Source: Eubacteriales bacterium
GTDB taxonomy: Bacteria > Bacillota > Clostridia > Oscillospirales > CAG-272
DNA: 40,581 nt
Direction of reading: 5' to 3'
Assembly: GCA_045117555.1 (NCBI GenBank)
Contig: JBGUNW010000178.1
Span: 1-40,581 of the forward strand
Numbering within the stretch: the stretch's first letter is position 1; every line of letters begins with the position of its first letter. This document shows, in pieces, positions 9,904 to 18,183 of the stretch. The notes beneath the pieces are model-generated. The model searched no databases and was not told the DNA's origin. It was given only the letters and a program-made list of their open reading frames with translations. Both the position numbers and the translations under genes were made by a program.

Positions 9904-11820
9904 TCAATTTACGCCGGGGTCGGATTGCTTCTTTTTCCGCACGCAGCGGAAGAACAAAGCGCTCATAGGGGGAACGCTGATACGAATTGCGTTTCCGTAG
10001 GAACGGAGCAAACAGGGTTCGGTACGGTGGCGGCCGGGGTTTTCGATCCCTTCGCCGCCGTATTCTTTTTGATCGGAGTTAAAAATTTCTTCATAGGTCC
10101 CGGCATAGGGGACCGCAAGCAAAAAATCGTCGCGCCGGACGGGCAGAAAATTGAGCAGGACGATGATCTCGTGCCCGGCGGAATCCTTGCGGCGGTAGGA
10201 ATAAATACTTTGCCCGGCGTTATCGGCGTCGATCCACTCAAACCCGCCGATCCAGTCGCCGTCCTTTTCCCAAAGGGCGGGGTTGGCAAGGTAGAATTGA
10301 TTAAGCGCCGCAACGTAGGATTGGAATGCCGCGTGCATGGGATAATCCAACAGGAACCATTCCACCTGCCCGGAAAAATCCCATTCGCGGAATTGCCCGA
10401 TCTCGGAGCCCATAAAAAGGAGCTTTTTTCCCGGCGTTGTCATCATATAGGCAAGATAAGCGCGGGTGTTTGCAAATTTTTGCTCGTAGGGGCCGGGAGC
10501 GCGGTCGAGGAGCGATTTTTTCCCGTGCACCACTTCGTCGTGCGAAACCGGAAGAATGAACCGCTCGGAGTAGGCGTAGGTGAGCGGAAAAGTGAGTTTG
10601 TTGTGGTGGTAGGAGCGCCAGAGCGGATCCTCGCACAGGTAGGCAAGACTGTCGTTCATCCAGCCCATGTTCCATTTCAGGGTAAAGCCCAAACCGTCGC
10701 CGCCCATTTGGGTAATGTTTGCCCAAGCGGTGGATTCTTCGGCAATGGTGAGCACGTCCGGGTGCAGATGCGCCAGCCGGTCGTTCAGTTTTTGGAAAAA
10801 GGCGATCGCCTCCAAACAGCGGTTGTCGCCGTATATGTTGGGGATCCATTCGCCGGGGCGCTTATCGTAGTCCAGATAGAGCATGGACGCCACGGCGTCC
10901 ACGCGTAGCCCGTCGATGTGGTAGGTTTCGACCCAGTAAACCGCGTTGGAGATGAGGAAACTTTGCACCTCCTCGCGCCCAACGTCAAAGCGGCGGGTCC
11001 CCCAACCGGCGTGTTCCATGCGGTCGGCGCCCTGATATTCGTAAAGGGGTTGACCGTCAAATTCGTAAAGCCCGTGCGCGTCCTTGGGGAAGTGGGCGGG
11101 AACCCAGTCCAAAATCACACCCAGCCCGGCCTCGTGGAGCCGGTCTACGAATTCCATAAAATCCTGCGGCGTTCCGTAGCGCGAGGTGGGGGCGTAGTAT
11201 CCGCAAATCTGATAGCCCCAGGAGCCGTCGAAGGGGTATTCGGCAAGCGGCATAAGCTCCAAGTGGGTATAGCCCATTTCTTTCAGGTAGGGCACCAGCT
11301 CGTCGGCAAGTTCGGTGTAGGAGAGGGAAGAGCCGTCCTCGTGCCGTTTCCAGGAGCCGGCGTGCAGTTCGTAAATATTCATGGGTTGGCTCAAAACCGT
11401 TTCGCGCGTGGCCGTTTTTGCGCGGTGGGCAAGCCAGCCGGCGTCGCGCCAGTGGTGGCCGCCGGTGTTCCAGACCACCGAGGCGGTTTCGGGCGGCAGC
11501 TGCGCCCGGAAAGCGTAGGGATCGGCTTTGTAAAGCTCTTTTTCTTTATTGCGAATGAAGAATTTGTAGCATTGACCGTCCGCAACGGTATCGGAGGGGA
11601 GGGAAACTTCCCAAACGCCGCCGCTCGTCACCTTTTCCATGGGAGCCGCGGCGGGGTTCCAGCCGTTGAAATCACCAACCACCGAAACCGAGTTTGCGTT
11701 GGGAGCCCAGACGCGAAAGACGATCTCGCCACCCGAGCGGTGTACGCCAAGGTAATCGTAAGCGCGGTAACTGCTGCCCTGATGGAAAAAATAGGGCGCC
11801 TGATCGTTTTGCCGCTCCAT
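9904..11820 (-). CDS. glgB: 1,4-alpha-glucan branching enzyme (GH13)
   Basis: 638 aa with GH13 catalytic regions [21 protein letters not shown] and IAEEST. SD GGAGG lies 10 nt upstream. Confidence 0.96.
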   Translation of the reverse strand: MERQNDQAPYFFHQGSSYRAYDYLGVHRSGGEIVFRVWAPNANSVSVVGDFNGWNPAAAPMEKVTSGGVWEVSLPSDTVADGQCYKFFIRNKEKELYKADPYAFRAQLPPETASVVWNTGGHHWRDAGWLAHRAKTATRETVLSQPMNIYELHAGSWKRHEDGSSLSYTELADELVPYLKEMGYTHLELMPLAEYPFDGSWGYQICGYYAPTSRYGTPQDFMEFVDRLHEAGLGVILDWVPAHFPKDAHGLYEFDGQPLYEYQGADRMEHAGWGTRRFDVGREEVQSFLISNAVYWVETYHIDGLRVDAVASMLYLDYDKRPGEWIPNIYGDNRCLEAIAFFQKLNDRLAHLHPDVLTIAEESTAWANITQMGGDGLGFTLKWNMGWMNDSLAYLCEDPLWRSYHHNKLTFPLTYAYSERFILPVSHDEVVHGKKSLLDRAPGPYEQKFANTRAYLAYMMTTPGKKLLFMGSEIGQFREWDFSGQVEWFLLDYPMHAAFQSYVAALNQFYLANPALWEKDGDWIGGFEWIDADNAGQSIYSYRRKDSAGHEIIVLLNFLPVRRDDFLLAVPYAGTYEEIFNSDQKEYGGEGIENPGRHRTEPCLLRSYGNAIRISVPPMSALFFRCVRKKKQSDPGVN

Positions 11821-11897
11821 GTGTCGTTGCCTCCTTTTCCGAATTGCCGCAAAGAGAAAAAATCCCTTTTATGCAATATTTTATACAATCTGATTAT

Positions 11898-11926
11898 ATT
11901 TTAACATATAATATTGTTCTTGTCAA
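11898..11926 (-). promoter_or_regulatory. Sigma-A type promoter of glgBCDAP
   Basis: Minus strand reads TTGACA (11926-11921), a 17-nt spacer, then TGT-TAAAAT (-10 at 11903-11898, extended TGn). This is about 70 nt upstream of the glgB ATG. Confidence 0.7.
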
Positions 11927-11990
11927 TCGCAAACGGCTTTTTTTCAATCGCAAACGGCGGTTTTTTCAAATAAAAACGGGTGTTTTTTTA
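11923..11990. repeat. Three phased 21-22 bp direct repeats (TCAATCGCAAACGGC + T6-7; third copy degenerate)
   Basis: TCAATCGCAAACGGC occurs at 11923-11937 and 11944-11958, each followed by a T-run. A degenerate copy CAAATAAAAACGGGTG + T7 lies at 11967-11990. The first copy overlaps the -35 hexamer. Confidence 0.85.
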
Positions 11991-12039
11991 TTTTCTCCTT
12001 TCAAATTCCTTTTCATACGGAAAAAAGAGGCCGGAGCAC

Positions 12040-12075
12040 AAAAAAAGAACTGCCCCGGAAAAGACCGGGGCAGTT
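12040..12075 (-). terminator. Rho-independent terminator of the rpsO-pnp-small protein unit
   Basis: 11-bp stem AACTGCCCCGG / CCGGGGCAGTT (12048-12058 / 12065-12075) with a 6-nt loop. On the minus strand it is followed by CTTTTTTTG. Confidence 0.85.
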
Positions 12076-12086
12076 TGCTTTTGCGC

Positions 12087-12419
12087 TTATTTTTTCTTTC
12101 TTTTTTTGAGTTTCGCACGGGCGGAAAGCACTTCCACCGCGGCAAAAATCGTTGCTGCAAGCGCGAGCGCGCGCAGGGAACAGCCGTTCGTTTTGCGGAT
12201 CTCGAAAGCGTCTACGGGTTCTTCGTCGTCCTTGCTTTTTAAAATTTCGTAGCGAACGGTGGAGGTTGCGCGGATATAGGGGTTGCCGCCCGCTTCTTTC
12301 AAGTCGTTTTTCAAGCGGGAAAGAACGCCGCGGCAGGCGCATTTTGCGCTTTCCAGACGTTGTGAAAACTCCTCTTTTCCGGCGGTTTCTTCTTGGTTCA
12401 AAACAGGTTCCTGATCCAT
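12087..12419 (-). CDS. Hypothetical small protein (110 aa), acidic N-terminal region with hydrophobic C-terminal segment and poly-Lys tail
   Basis: The ATG at 12419 is preceded by GGAGG (aaacGGAGGattttcccATG) and lies 37 nt downstream of the pnp stop. Codon usage is like its neighbours. The protein ends ...CSLRALALAATIFAAVEVLSARAKLKKRKKK. I recognise no family. The track start at 12509 would overlap pnp. Confidence 0.55.
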   Translation of the reverse strand: MDQEPVLNQEETAGKEEFSQRLESAKCACRGVLSRLKNDLKEAGGNPYIRATSTVRYEILKSKDDEEPVDAFEIRKTNGCSLRALALAATIFAAVEVLSARAKLKKRKKK

Positions 12420-12456
12420 GGGAAAATCCTCCGTTTTTTTTATTTTTGCGAAAAAA

Positions 12457-14577
12457 TTACTCGCCCAGCGCGTCCTTAATGGAGAAATCGGGACGGCCTT
12501 TTTTGTCAAGCCCCATATATTTCACGCGAACGACGTCGCCCAGTTTGAGAACGTCCTCTACCTTTTCAATGCGGCGGGGAGCAATTTTGGAGATATGGAC
12601 CATTCCTTCTTTGCCGGGGGCATATTCCACAAAGCAGCCAAACTCCTTAATGCCGGTCACCTTGCCGGTGTAAACGGCGCCCACTTCGGGCTCGAACACG
12701 ATGGCGTCGATGCAGGCCTTTGCTGCGTCCGCCTGCTCGCTGTTTACAGCGGCAATGCGAATAGTGCCGTCGTCCTCAATGTCGATCTTCGCGCCGGTGT
12801 CGGCAACGATCTTCTGAATGACCGAGCCGCCCTTGCCGATGACCTCGCGGATCTTATCGGGATCAATTTTCATGGTGGTCATTTTGGGTGCGTACTTGGA
12901 AACCTCTGCGCGCGGGGCGGGAATGGCTTTGAGCAGGACTTCATCAATGATATAGTCGCGGCCGATATGCGTCATTTCCAGTGCGCGGCGGATGATCTCG
13001 GGGGTCAGGCCGTCGATTTTGAGGTCCATTTGAATGGAAGTAATGCCCTTGTGGGTACCGGCAACCTTAAAGTCCATATCGCCGTAAAAGTCTTCCAGAC
13101 CCTGAATATCCAGCATGGTATCCCAGGAGCCGTCCTCAGCGGTGATCAGGCCGCAGGAAATACCGGCGACCGGCGCTTTGATCGGAACGCCCGCGTCCAT
13201 CAGGGCCAGCGTAGAGCCGCAAACCGAACCCTGCGAGGTAGAACCGTTGGAAGAAACAACGTCCGAAACCAGGCGAATGGCATAGGGGAACTCCTCCTCG
13301 GAGGGGAGCACGGGAATGAGCGAACGCTCGGCGAGCGCGCCGTGACCGATCTCGCGGCGGCCGGGGCTTCTGACCGGTTTTGCCTCGCCGGTGGAGAAAC
13401 CGGGCATATTGTAATGGTGCATATAGCGTTTGGAAGTTTCGCTGTCAATGCCGTCCAGCATTTGCGCCTCGGAAAGGGTGCCGAGCGTTGCGGCGGTAAG
13501 CACCTGGGTCTGACCGCGGGTAAAGAGGCCGGAGCCGTGAACGCGGGGCAGAACGCCAACCTCGCTTGCCAGCGGGCGGATCTGATCCATGCGGCGGCCG
13601 TCTACGCGCTTTTTGTCAACCAGCAGCCAGCGGCGAACGATCTTCTTTTGAATTTTGTAGACCAGCTCTTCCATCATGCCGGGCAGGTCGGGATATTTTT
13701 CGGTAAACTTTTCCAGAATGGCGTCTTTGATGGGAACCATTCTCGCGTCGCGGATATTCTTGTCGTCGGTATCCAGCGCGTTCATCACGTCCTTTTCGCA
13801 GAAGGCGAAAATTTCGTCGAACATATCGTGATCCAGCTCGCAGGAAGGATAAGCGAATTTGGGCTTGCCGACCTCGGCGATAATGCCGTTGATAAAGCCG
13901 AGCAGGTCTTTAATAACTTCGTGCGCCTTCATAATGGCGGCAAACATGGTATCGTCGTCCACCTGATTTGCGCCGGCCTCGATCATGACCACCTTTTCCA
14001 TAGAAGCGGCCACGGTGAGCTGCAAATCGCTCTTTTTCTGTTGCTCGGCATTGGGGTTGACAACGATCTCGCCGTCAACAAGACCCATGAACACGCCGCC
14101 GATCGGGCCGTTCCACGGGATATCCGAAATGGAAAGGGCGATCGAAGCGCCGATCATGGCCGTAATTTCGGGCGAGCAATCGGGGTCTACCGACATGACG
14201 ATCAGGGTCAGGGCAACGTCGTTGCGCAGGTCCTTCGGGAAGAGCGGACGAATGGGGCGGTCGATCACGCGGGAGGTGAGGATCGCCTTTTCGGAAGGAC
14301 GGCCTTCGCGTTTGAGGTAGCCGCCGGGGATTTTACCGGCCGAGTACATTCTTTCGTCAAAGTCGACCGAAAGGGGCAGAAAGTCAATGCCGTCGCGGGG
14401 CTTTTCGCTTGCGGTGGCGCAGCAGAGCACGGCGGTTTCGCCGTAGCGGCAAAGGACCGAGCCGTTGGCCAAACCTGCCATTTTGCCGGTTTCAATCACC
14501 AGCGGGCGACCGGCGAGGGTATAGTTGAATACCCGGTAGTTTTTGAATTCCATTGGGGTGCTGATTGGATTGGACAT
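12457..14577 (-). CDS. pnp: Polyribonucleotide nucleotidyltransferase (PNPase)
   Basis: 706 aa with two RNase PH domains plus KH and S1 (GKVTGIKEFGCFVEY). Also motif GSTSQGSVCGSTLALMDAGVP and SD GGAGG. Confidence 0.98.
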   Translation of the reverse strand: MSNPISTPMEFKNYRVFNYTLAGRPLVIETGKMAGLANGSVLCRYGETAVLCCATASEKPRDGIDFLPLSVDFDERMYSAGKIPGGYLKREGRPSEKAILTSRVIDRPIRPLFPKDLRNDVALTLIVMSVDPDCSPEITAMIGASIALSISDIPWNGPIGGVFMGLVDGEIVVNPNAEQQKKSDLQLTVAASMEKVVMIEAGANQVDDDTMFAAIMKAHEVIKDLLGFINGIIAEVGKPKFAYPSCELDHDMFDEIFAFCEKDVMNALDTDDKNIRDARMVPIKDAILEKFTEKYPDLPGMMEELVYKIQKKIVRRWLLVDKKRVDGRRMDQIRPLASEVGVLPRVHGSGLFTRGQTQVLTAATLGTLSEAQMLDGIDSETSKRYMHHYNMPGFSTGEAKPVRSPGRREIGHGALAERSLIPVLPSEEEFPYAIRLVSDVVSSNGSTSQGSVCGSTLALMDAGVPIKAPVAGISCGLITAEDGSWDTMLDIQGLEDFYGDMDFKVAGTHKGITSIQMDLKIDGLTPEIIRRALEMTHIGRDYIIDEVLLKAIPAPRAEVSKYAPKMTTMKIDPDKIREVIGKGGSVIQKIVADTGAKIDIEDDGTIRIAAVNSEQADAAKACIDAIVFEPEVGAVYTGKVTGIKEFGCFVEYAPGKEGMVHISKIAPRRIEKVEDVLKLGDVVRVKYMGLDKKGRPDFSIKDALGE

Positions 14578-14620
14578 TTGTTTTTCCTCCGTTTTTTATT
14601 TTTTCCCGGAGGTTTAGCAC

Positions 14621-14664
14621 TTAACCGGAACTCCGAGGCGCATTCGTTCGGGGCCTCGGTTAAC
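14621..14664 (-). promoter_or_regulatory. Long imperfect stem-loop in the pnp 5' leader (candidate RNase III/autoregulation site)
   Basis: On the mRNA, TTAACCG-AGGC...GCCT-(bulge)-CGGTTAA; alternatively CCGAGGC / GCCTCGG forms a 7-bp inner stem. It lies 44-87 nt upstream of the pnp ATG. Confidence 0.45.
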
Positions 14665-14732
14665 TGCTAATCCTGCCGGTGAAAATTCTGTTTTGGGTTT
14701 GCTTTTTGAAAAGAGCGCCGTACATAGAGCGC

Positions 14733-14769
14733 GGAGCAAGGGTCGCGGCGTTGGCCCGGCCCTTGCTCC
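14733..14769 (-). terminator. rpsO-distal hairpin (partial terminator/attenuator)
   Basis: 10-bp stem GGAGCAAGGG / CCCTTGCTCC starting 8 nt after the rpsO stop. There is no immediate U-tract; CTCTTTTC lies about 20 nt further on. Read-through into pnp is therefore likely. Confidence 0.5.
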
Positions 14770-14776
14770 GTTCTGC

Positions 14777-15040
14777 TTACTTTCTCAAACCGAGTTTGGC
14801 AACGATGGCGCGATAGCGCTCAATGTCCACCTTTTGCAAATAGCCGAGAAGACTTCTTCTTTGGCCGATCATCTTTTGCAGACCGCGGCGGCTGTGAAAG
14901 TCCTTCTTGTTGGCTTTGAGGTGCTCGGTGAGATTGATGATACGGGAGGTCAGAAGTGCGATCTGCACTTCGGGAGAACCCGTATCGCCCTCGTGAACAG
15001 CGTACTGCTCGATCAGGGCTTGTTTCTCTTCCTTCATCAT
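14777..15040 (-). CDS. rpsO: 30S ribosomal protein S15
   Basis: 87 aa: [37 protein letters not shown]... Confidence 0.97.
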   Translation of the reverse strand: MMKEEKQALIEQYAVHEGDTGSPEVQIALLTSRIINLTEHLKANKKDFHSRRGLQKMIGQRRSLLGYLQKVDIERYRAIVAKLGLRK

Positions 15041-15150
15041 AGCTTGGTTCCTTCACCTTTCTGTAAATTTTTCATGCGAGTGACCCGGTGCGGCGGTGGG
15101 TGAAGACCTGCACGGCAGGGCAATTCCAACCGACTGCGTCATCGTCATGC
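15041..15150 (-). promoter_or_regulatory. rpsO 5' leader with anti-SD pairing (candidate S15 autoregulatory leader)
   Basis: The leader is about 110 nt. CTTCACC (mRNA sense, + coordinates 15099-15105) is complementary to the SD region GGTGAAG (15051-15057). Small hairpins include CCTGC-CGT-GCAGG. Confidence 0.4.
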
Positions 15151-15157
15151 AGAGTGT

Positions 15158-15186
15158 ATTATAACATAGGAAACCGTTTTTGTAAA
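15158..15186 (-). promoter_or_regulatory. Sigma-A type promoter of rpsO
   Basis: Minus strand reads TTTACA (15186-15181), a 17-nt spacer, then TGT-TATAAT (15163-15158). Confidence 0.7.
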
Positions 15187-15252
15187 TAGTTTTTTCATAA
15201 TTTTTTCGCAAAAACGGGATTTTTTCGGAAAAAAGATTGCAAATTTCGTTTT

Positions 15253-16494
15253 TCAAACGGGCGTCGGCTCTTTTTTTTCGGTATTTTCCGGCTCTTTCGC
15301 GGCAAGCGCGGCTTTGGGCGGCCCGTTTTGGCGGAGCTTTTCCACAATGGCGTCGGCAATCATTTTTTCGCCGCCGGTCAGGTCGCGGGCAAACCGTTTG
15401 CAGTTTTCAATATAGGGCGCGAGTTTTTCGGGATTGTCCATACATTCGGTCAAAAACTCCGCGGCTTTGTCTTCATCCTTGATATGAACGCCGGTTTTCT
15501 GCTCGTCGATGTAGTAGGCGCGGGTTTTGCGCTCGATCTGACTGGCGCAGAAGTTGGTAAGCACCGGGGTGCCCATATAAACGCAGTCCAGAATGGCGTT
15601 CGGCCCGGCCTTGGTAACGAAAATATCCGAGGCGCCGTAAAGCTCGTGGGCGTCGCCGTCAAATCCGTAAACGCGCAGGTCCACCTTTCCGGTGTGGCCG
15701 ATCCGTTCGCCCAGCTTGCGGTGAACTTCCTCGTTTGATCCTGCCATTACCAAAAGGGTGAACGGGCGGTCGATCTGCAAAAAACGGTTGGCGAATTTCA
15801 AAAGCAGCCCGCCGGCGTAAGCGCTGGAAGAAAGCGTTACGATAAAGCCGTTTTCGGGCAGACCCCGTTTTTTACGCAGGGCGATTTTATCTTTCGGACA
15901 ATCGATCACCTTTTGCCGCAGGGCGAAGGGCGCCCAAAAGCACTTTTTGGGGTCAAACTTTAATTTGATTGCTTCCTCGTAGGCGCCTTTGTTGTTGAAA
16001 ATGCAAAGATCGGCGCGCTTATCCCACCAACCGTGAACGCTGGTGTCGGGGTCGTAAAACCCGGTTAGAAAATGGCCGCCGTGGCGTTTTTTCTGCGCCT
16101 CTACCGAATCGTGCGTGGGGGTAAAGTGCGTGTGGAAGGCCATATCGGGGTCAAAGCTTTTGAGGATTTCAATCACGCGTTCCTTTTCCCGGTGGAAAAC
16201 GGTGGCGTTGGTAAAAATGAGCGAGAACATACGCGGAAACAGCGGCATTCTTGCCATGGTGATATAGAACATATGCGCCGGGTGCTTGTTGCTCCGCTTG
16301 ACCTCGTCGATCAAAAACTGCTGATATTTGATTAAAACCTTATCGTTGGTGTCGGTGAAAATGTTGGTGCGAATTACCTCTACCTCGTCGGGGTAATATT
16401 TTTCCAGCGCGTCTGCAATGGCGGTTGCCGAAGTGATGTGCCCCATTCCGGCTTCCACGAAGGTTATTAAAACTTTGTATTTCGCTTTTTCCAT
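15253..16494 (-). CDS. MGDG-synthase/UgtP-like glycosyltransferase (GT28 family), probable glycolipid synthase
   Basis: N-terminus KVLITFVEAGMGHITSATAIADAL resembles the UgtP/MGDG synthase N-domain. The C-terminal half is GT-B like. The ATG at 16494 has GAGG 8 nt upstream. The track start at 16527 lies only about 8 nt from the predicted TSS and has no SD. Confidence 0.75.
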   Translation of the reverse strand: MEKAKYKVLITFVEAGMGHITSATAIADALEKYYPDEVEVIRTNIFTDTNDKVLIKYQQFLIDEVKRSNKHPAHMFYITMARMPLFPRMFSLIFTNATVFHREKERVIEILKSFDPDMAFHTHFTPTHDSVEAQKKRHGGHFLTGFYDPDTSVHGWWDKRADLCIFNNKGAYEEAIKLKFDPKKCFWAPFALRQKVIDCPKDKIALRKKRGLPENGFIVTLSSSAYAGGLLLKFANRFLQIDRPFTLLVMAGSNEEVHRKLGERIGHTGKVDLRVYGFDGDAHELYGASDIFVTKAGPNAILDCVYMGTPVLTNFCASQIERKTRAYYIDEQKTGVHIKDEDKAAEFLTECMDNPEKLAPYIENCKRFARDLTGGEKMIADAIVEKLRQNGPPKAALAAKEPENTEKKEPTPV

Positions 16495-16541
16495 TTTGCA
16501 TACCTCGAAAAAAGAGAAGTACCACATTTGTGGCTTTTTTC

Positions 16542-16570
16542 ATTATACCACTTTTTTCGACGGGTGTCAA
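16542..16570 (-). promoter_or_regulatory. Sigma-A type promoter of the glycosyltransferase gene
   Basis: Minus strand reads TTGACA (16570-16565), a 17-nt spacer, then TGG-TATAAT (16547-16542). Confidence 0.7.
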
Positions 16571-16595
16571 GGGGAGAACGCCGAAAGGAAGACCT

Positions 16596-16639
16596 TGGAA
16601 AAAGGGAACCGTCCGGGCGGCAAAGCGCCGCCCGGACGG
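16596..16639 (-). terminator. Rho-independent terminator after the 150-aa hypothetical gene
   Basis: 13-bp GC-rich stem CCGTCCGGGCGGC / GCCGCCCGGACGG with a 5-nt loop. On the minus strand it is followed by TTCCCTTTTTCC. Confidence 0.75.
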
Positions 16640-16649
16640 CAGGAAGAAG

Positions 16650-17102
16650 TTATTTCAGAAAAGATTTGATACGATCCATGGTTTCTTCCTCGTAGTTGCA
16701 AACGTCGCGCGCAATGGTCAGCACGTGTTCGGGAACGCCGGTGTTTTCGGCTTCGCGCAAAGCGCGCAAAAGGTTGCCCACGCCCATGGTGGTGCCTTCC
16801 AGGATCATTTGCGCAATGTGCGGCGCGGAGGGGTCGGTCAAGGTGTGCCAGAAGGTGCCCATTTTTGCCGAGAAGCGGGCAATGGGATTGATTTCCGAGG
16901 GGGTAACGCCGTGCTCCCGCATTTCTTTGACGATGCGGGAGGAGAAGGCCTCGTAAACCGAGACTTCGGTGGTCATTTCGCTTTTGAGTTCTTCCTCTTT
17001 GACGTGAGGCAAGAGGTCGAGCAGGGAATCGGCGCACATCCGCACGTTGCGATAGGTGCCTTCCAACAGTTCTTCGGCGGTTTTGGGTTTCGTTTCGGTC
17101 AT
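16650..17102 (-). CDS. Hypothetical protein, 150 aa, predicted all-helical; family not recognised
   Basis: The ATG at 17102 is preceded by AAAGGA; the track start at 17120 is a TTG inside that SD. Codon usage looks coding. Sequence MTETKPKTAEELLEGTYRNVRMCADSLLDLL...; there is no TM segment or signal peptide. Confidence 0.65.
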   Translation of the reverse strand: MTETKPKTAEELLEGTYRNVRMCADSLLDLLPHVKEEELKSEMTTEVSVYEAFSSRIVKEMREHGVTPSEINPIARFSAKMGTFWHTLTDPSAPHIAQMILEGTTMGVGNLLRALREAENTGVPEHVLTIARDVCNYEEETMDRIKSFLK

Positions 17103-17121
17103 ATTCGTTTTTCCTTTCAAA

Positions 17122-17166
17122 TAAAAAATGGACTCGCGAATAGTGTTTCACGAGTCCGATTTTTTA
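17122..17166 (-). terminator. Hairpin terminator after the dnaC/dnaI-like gene
   Basis: GGACTCG (17130-17136) / CGAGTCC (17151-17157) with a 14-nt loop, flanked by an A-run and a T-run. On the minus strand it is followed by ATTTTTTATTT. The stem is modest. Confidence 0.5.
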
Positions 17167-17176
17167 TGTAAATTTT

Positions 17177-18163
17177 TTATTTTTTCTGTTGACGAACGTC
17201 CCTGCCGCGGAACATAAGCACCCGGTATTCGCCGAACAGGCGGCTTGCAATGCGGTCGGTGTAGGTCTTGCTGATCTCCATGGGCGGCAGGTTGGAGCTG
17301 ATAACGGTGGGAAGCTCCTTGTTCAGCCGCGTGTTGATGACGTGGTACAGGCAGGAGAGCGAGAATTGATTGACCACCTCGGTGCCGAGATCGTCCAGGA
17401 TGAGCAGGTCGCATTCGGTATAGCGGGAAACGTCGGCCCCGCCGCCCTGTGCCAGCCCGGTGCCGAAACGAAGCGTTTCAAAATCCGAGAGCATTCCGAC
17501 GGCGCTGTTGTAAAGAACGTCGTATCCCCGCTCGATCACCCGGCGCGCAATGGCCGAGGAAAGGTGGGTTTTGCCAATGCCGGAGCCGCCCACCAGCAAA
17601 AGATTTTTTGCCGTTGGCTCGGGGGAGCCGAACTCCTCGGCAAAGGTTTTGGCGGCGGCAAAGACCTCGCTCATCTCGCGGTAAATTTCGGGGTTGTAGC
17701 GGTAATATTCCAACGAGAAATTCTCAAACGACTGCTTTTTAAGCAGTTCCGAAAGCCCGGAAAAACGCATACCCACCTCAATGATCCGGCGGCGCATACA
17801 TTCGCACATTTCGCCTTTGATAAAGCCGGTGTCGCGGCAGAGCGGGCATTCGTATTTCGGATCGTCGTAGTCGGCGGGAAACCCGTTTTTGCGAAGGAGA
17901 GCGGCGCGTTTTTGCAACAGTGCCTCGGTATTTTCACGCAGGGTTTGCACCGCGGCTGCAACGTCGCCGCCGCGCATGGCGATTTGAAAGATCTTCAAGC
18001 CCAGCCCCGAAAGGTCGGAATCCAGCGCGCGCACTTCGGGAAGTGCCTCTTCCACTTCGGCGCGGCGCGCCCCGGCCTCTTTTTCGGCGCGCAGGGCTTT
18101 CTCCTCGTATTCCTCGCGTACCAATCGCATATTTTCTTGTCTGTACGTCGTTCTGTAAGACAT
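17177..18163 (-). CDS. DnaC/DnaI-family AAA+ replicative helicase loader
   Basis: Walker A LLLVGGSGIGKTHL and Walker B LLILDDLGTE. N-terminal Cys cluster YECPLCRDTGFIKGEMCECM, as in DnaI-type zinc modules. Confidence 0.85.
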   Translation of the reverse strand: MSYRTTYRQENMRLVREEYEEKALRAEKEAGARRAEVEEALPEVRALDSDLSGLGLKIFQIAMRGGDVAAAVQTLRENTEALLQKRAALLRKNGFPADYDDPKYECPLCRDTGFIKGEMCECMRRRIIEVGMRFSGLSELLKKQSFENFSLEYYRYNPEIYREMSEVFAAAKTFAEEFGSPEPTAKNLLLVGGSGIGKTHLSSAIARRVIERGYDVLYNSAVGMLSDFETLRFGTGLAQGGGADVSRYTECDLLILDDLGTEVVNQFSLSCLYHVINTRLNKELPTVISSNLPPMEISKTYTDRIASRLFGEYRVLMFRGRDVRQQKK

Positions 18164-18183
18164 TTTTTATCGTTTCCTTTCGG

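Noticed and set aside
11966-12016. 16-codon micro-ORF (MKRNLKGENKKTPVFI) on the minus strand upstream of the glg promoter repeats.
   Set aside because: It has no SD and lies between a terminator and a promoter, inside the A/T-rich repeat array. It is most likely non-coding.
11821-12040. CcpA cre site in the glg promoter region, expected for a carbohydrate-storage operon.
   Set aside because: I tried to fit TGWAANCGNTNWCA on both strands. The CCGTTTGCGATTGA repeats do not satisfy the central CG or the flanking TG/CA positions.
12418-14670. 750-aa plus-strand ORF opposite pnp.
   Set aside because: It is antisense to PNPase (RNase PH, KH and S1 motifs are evident on the minus strand), so it is a composition artefact.
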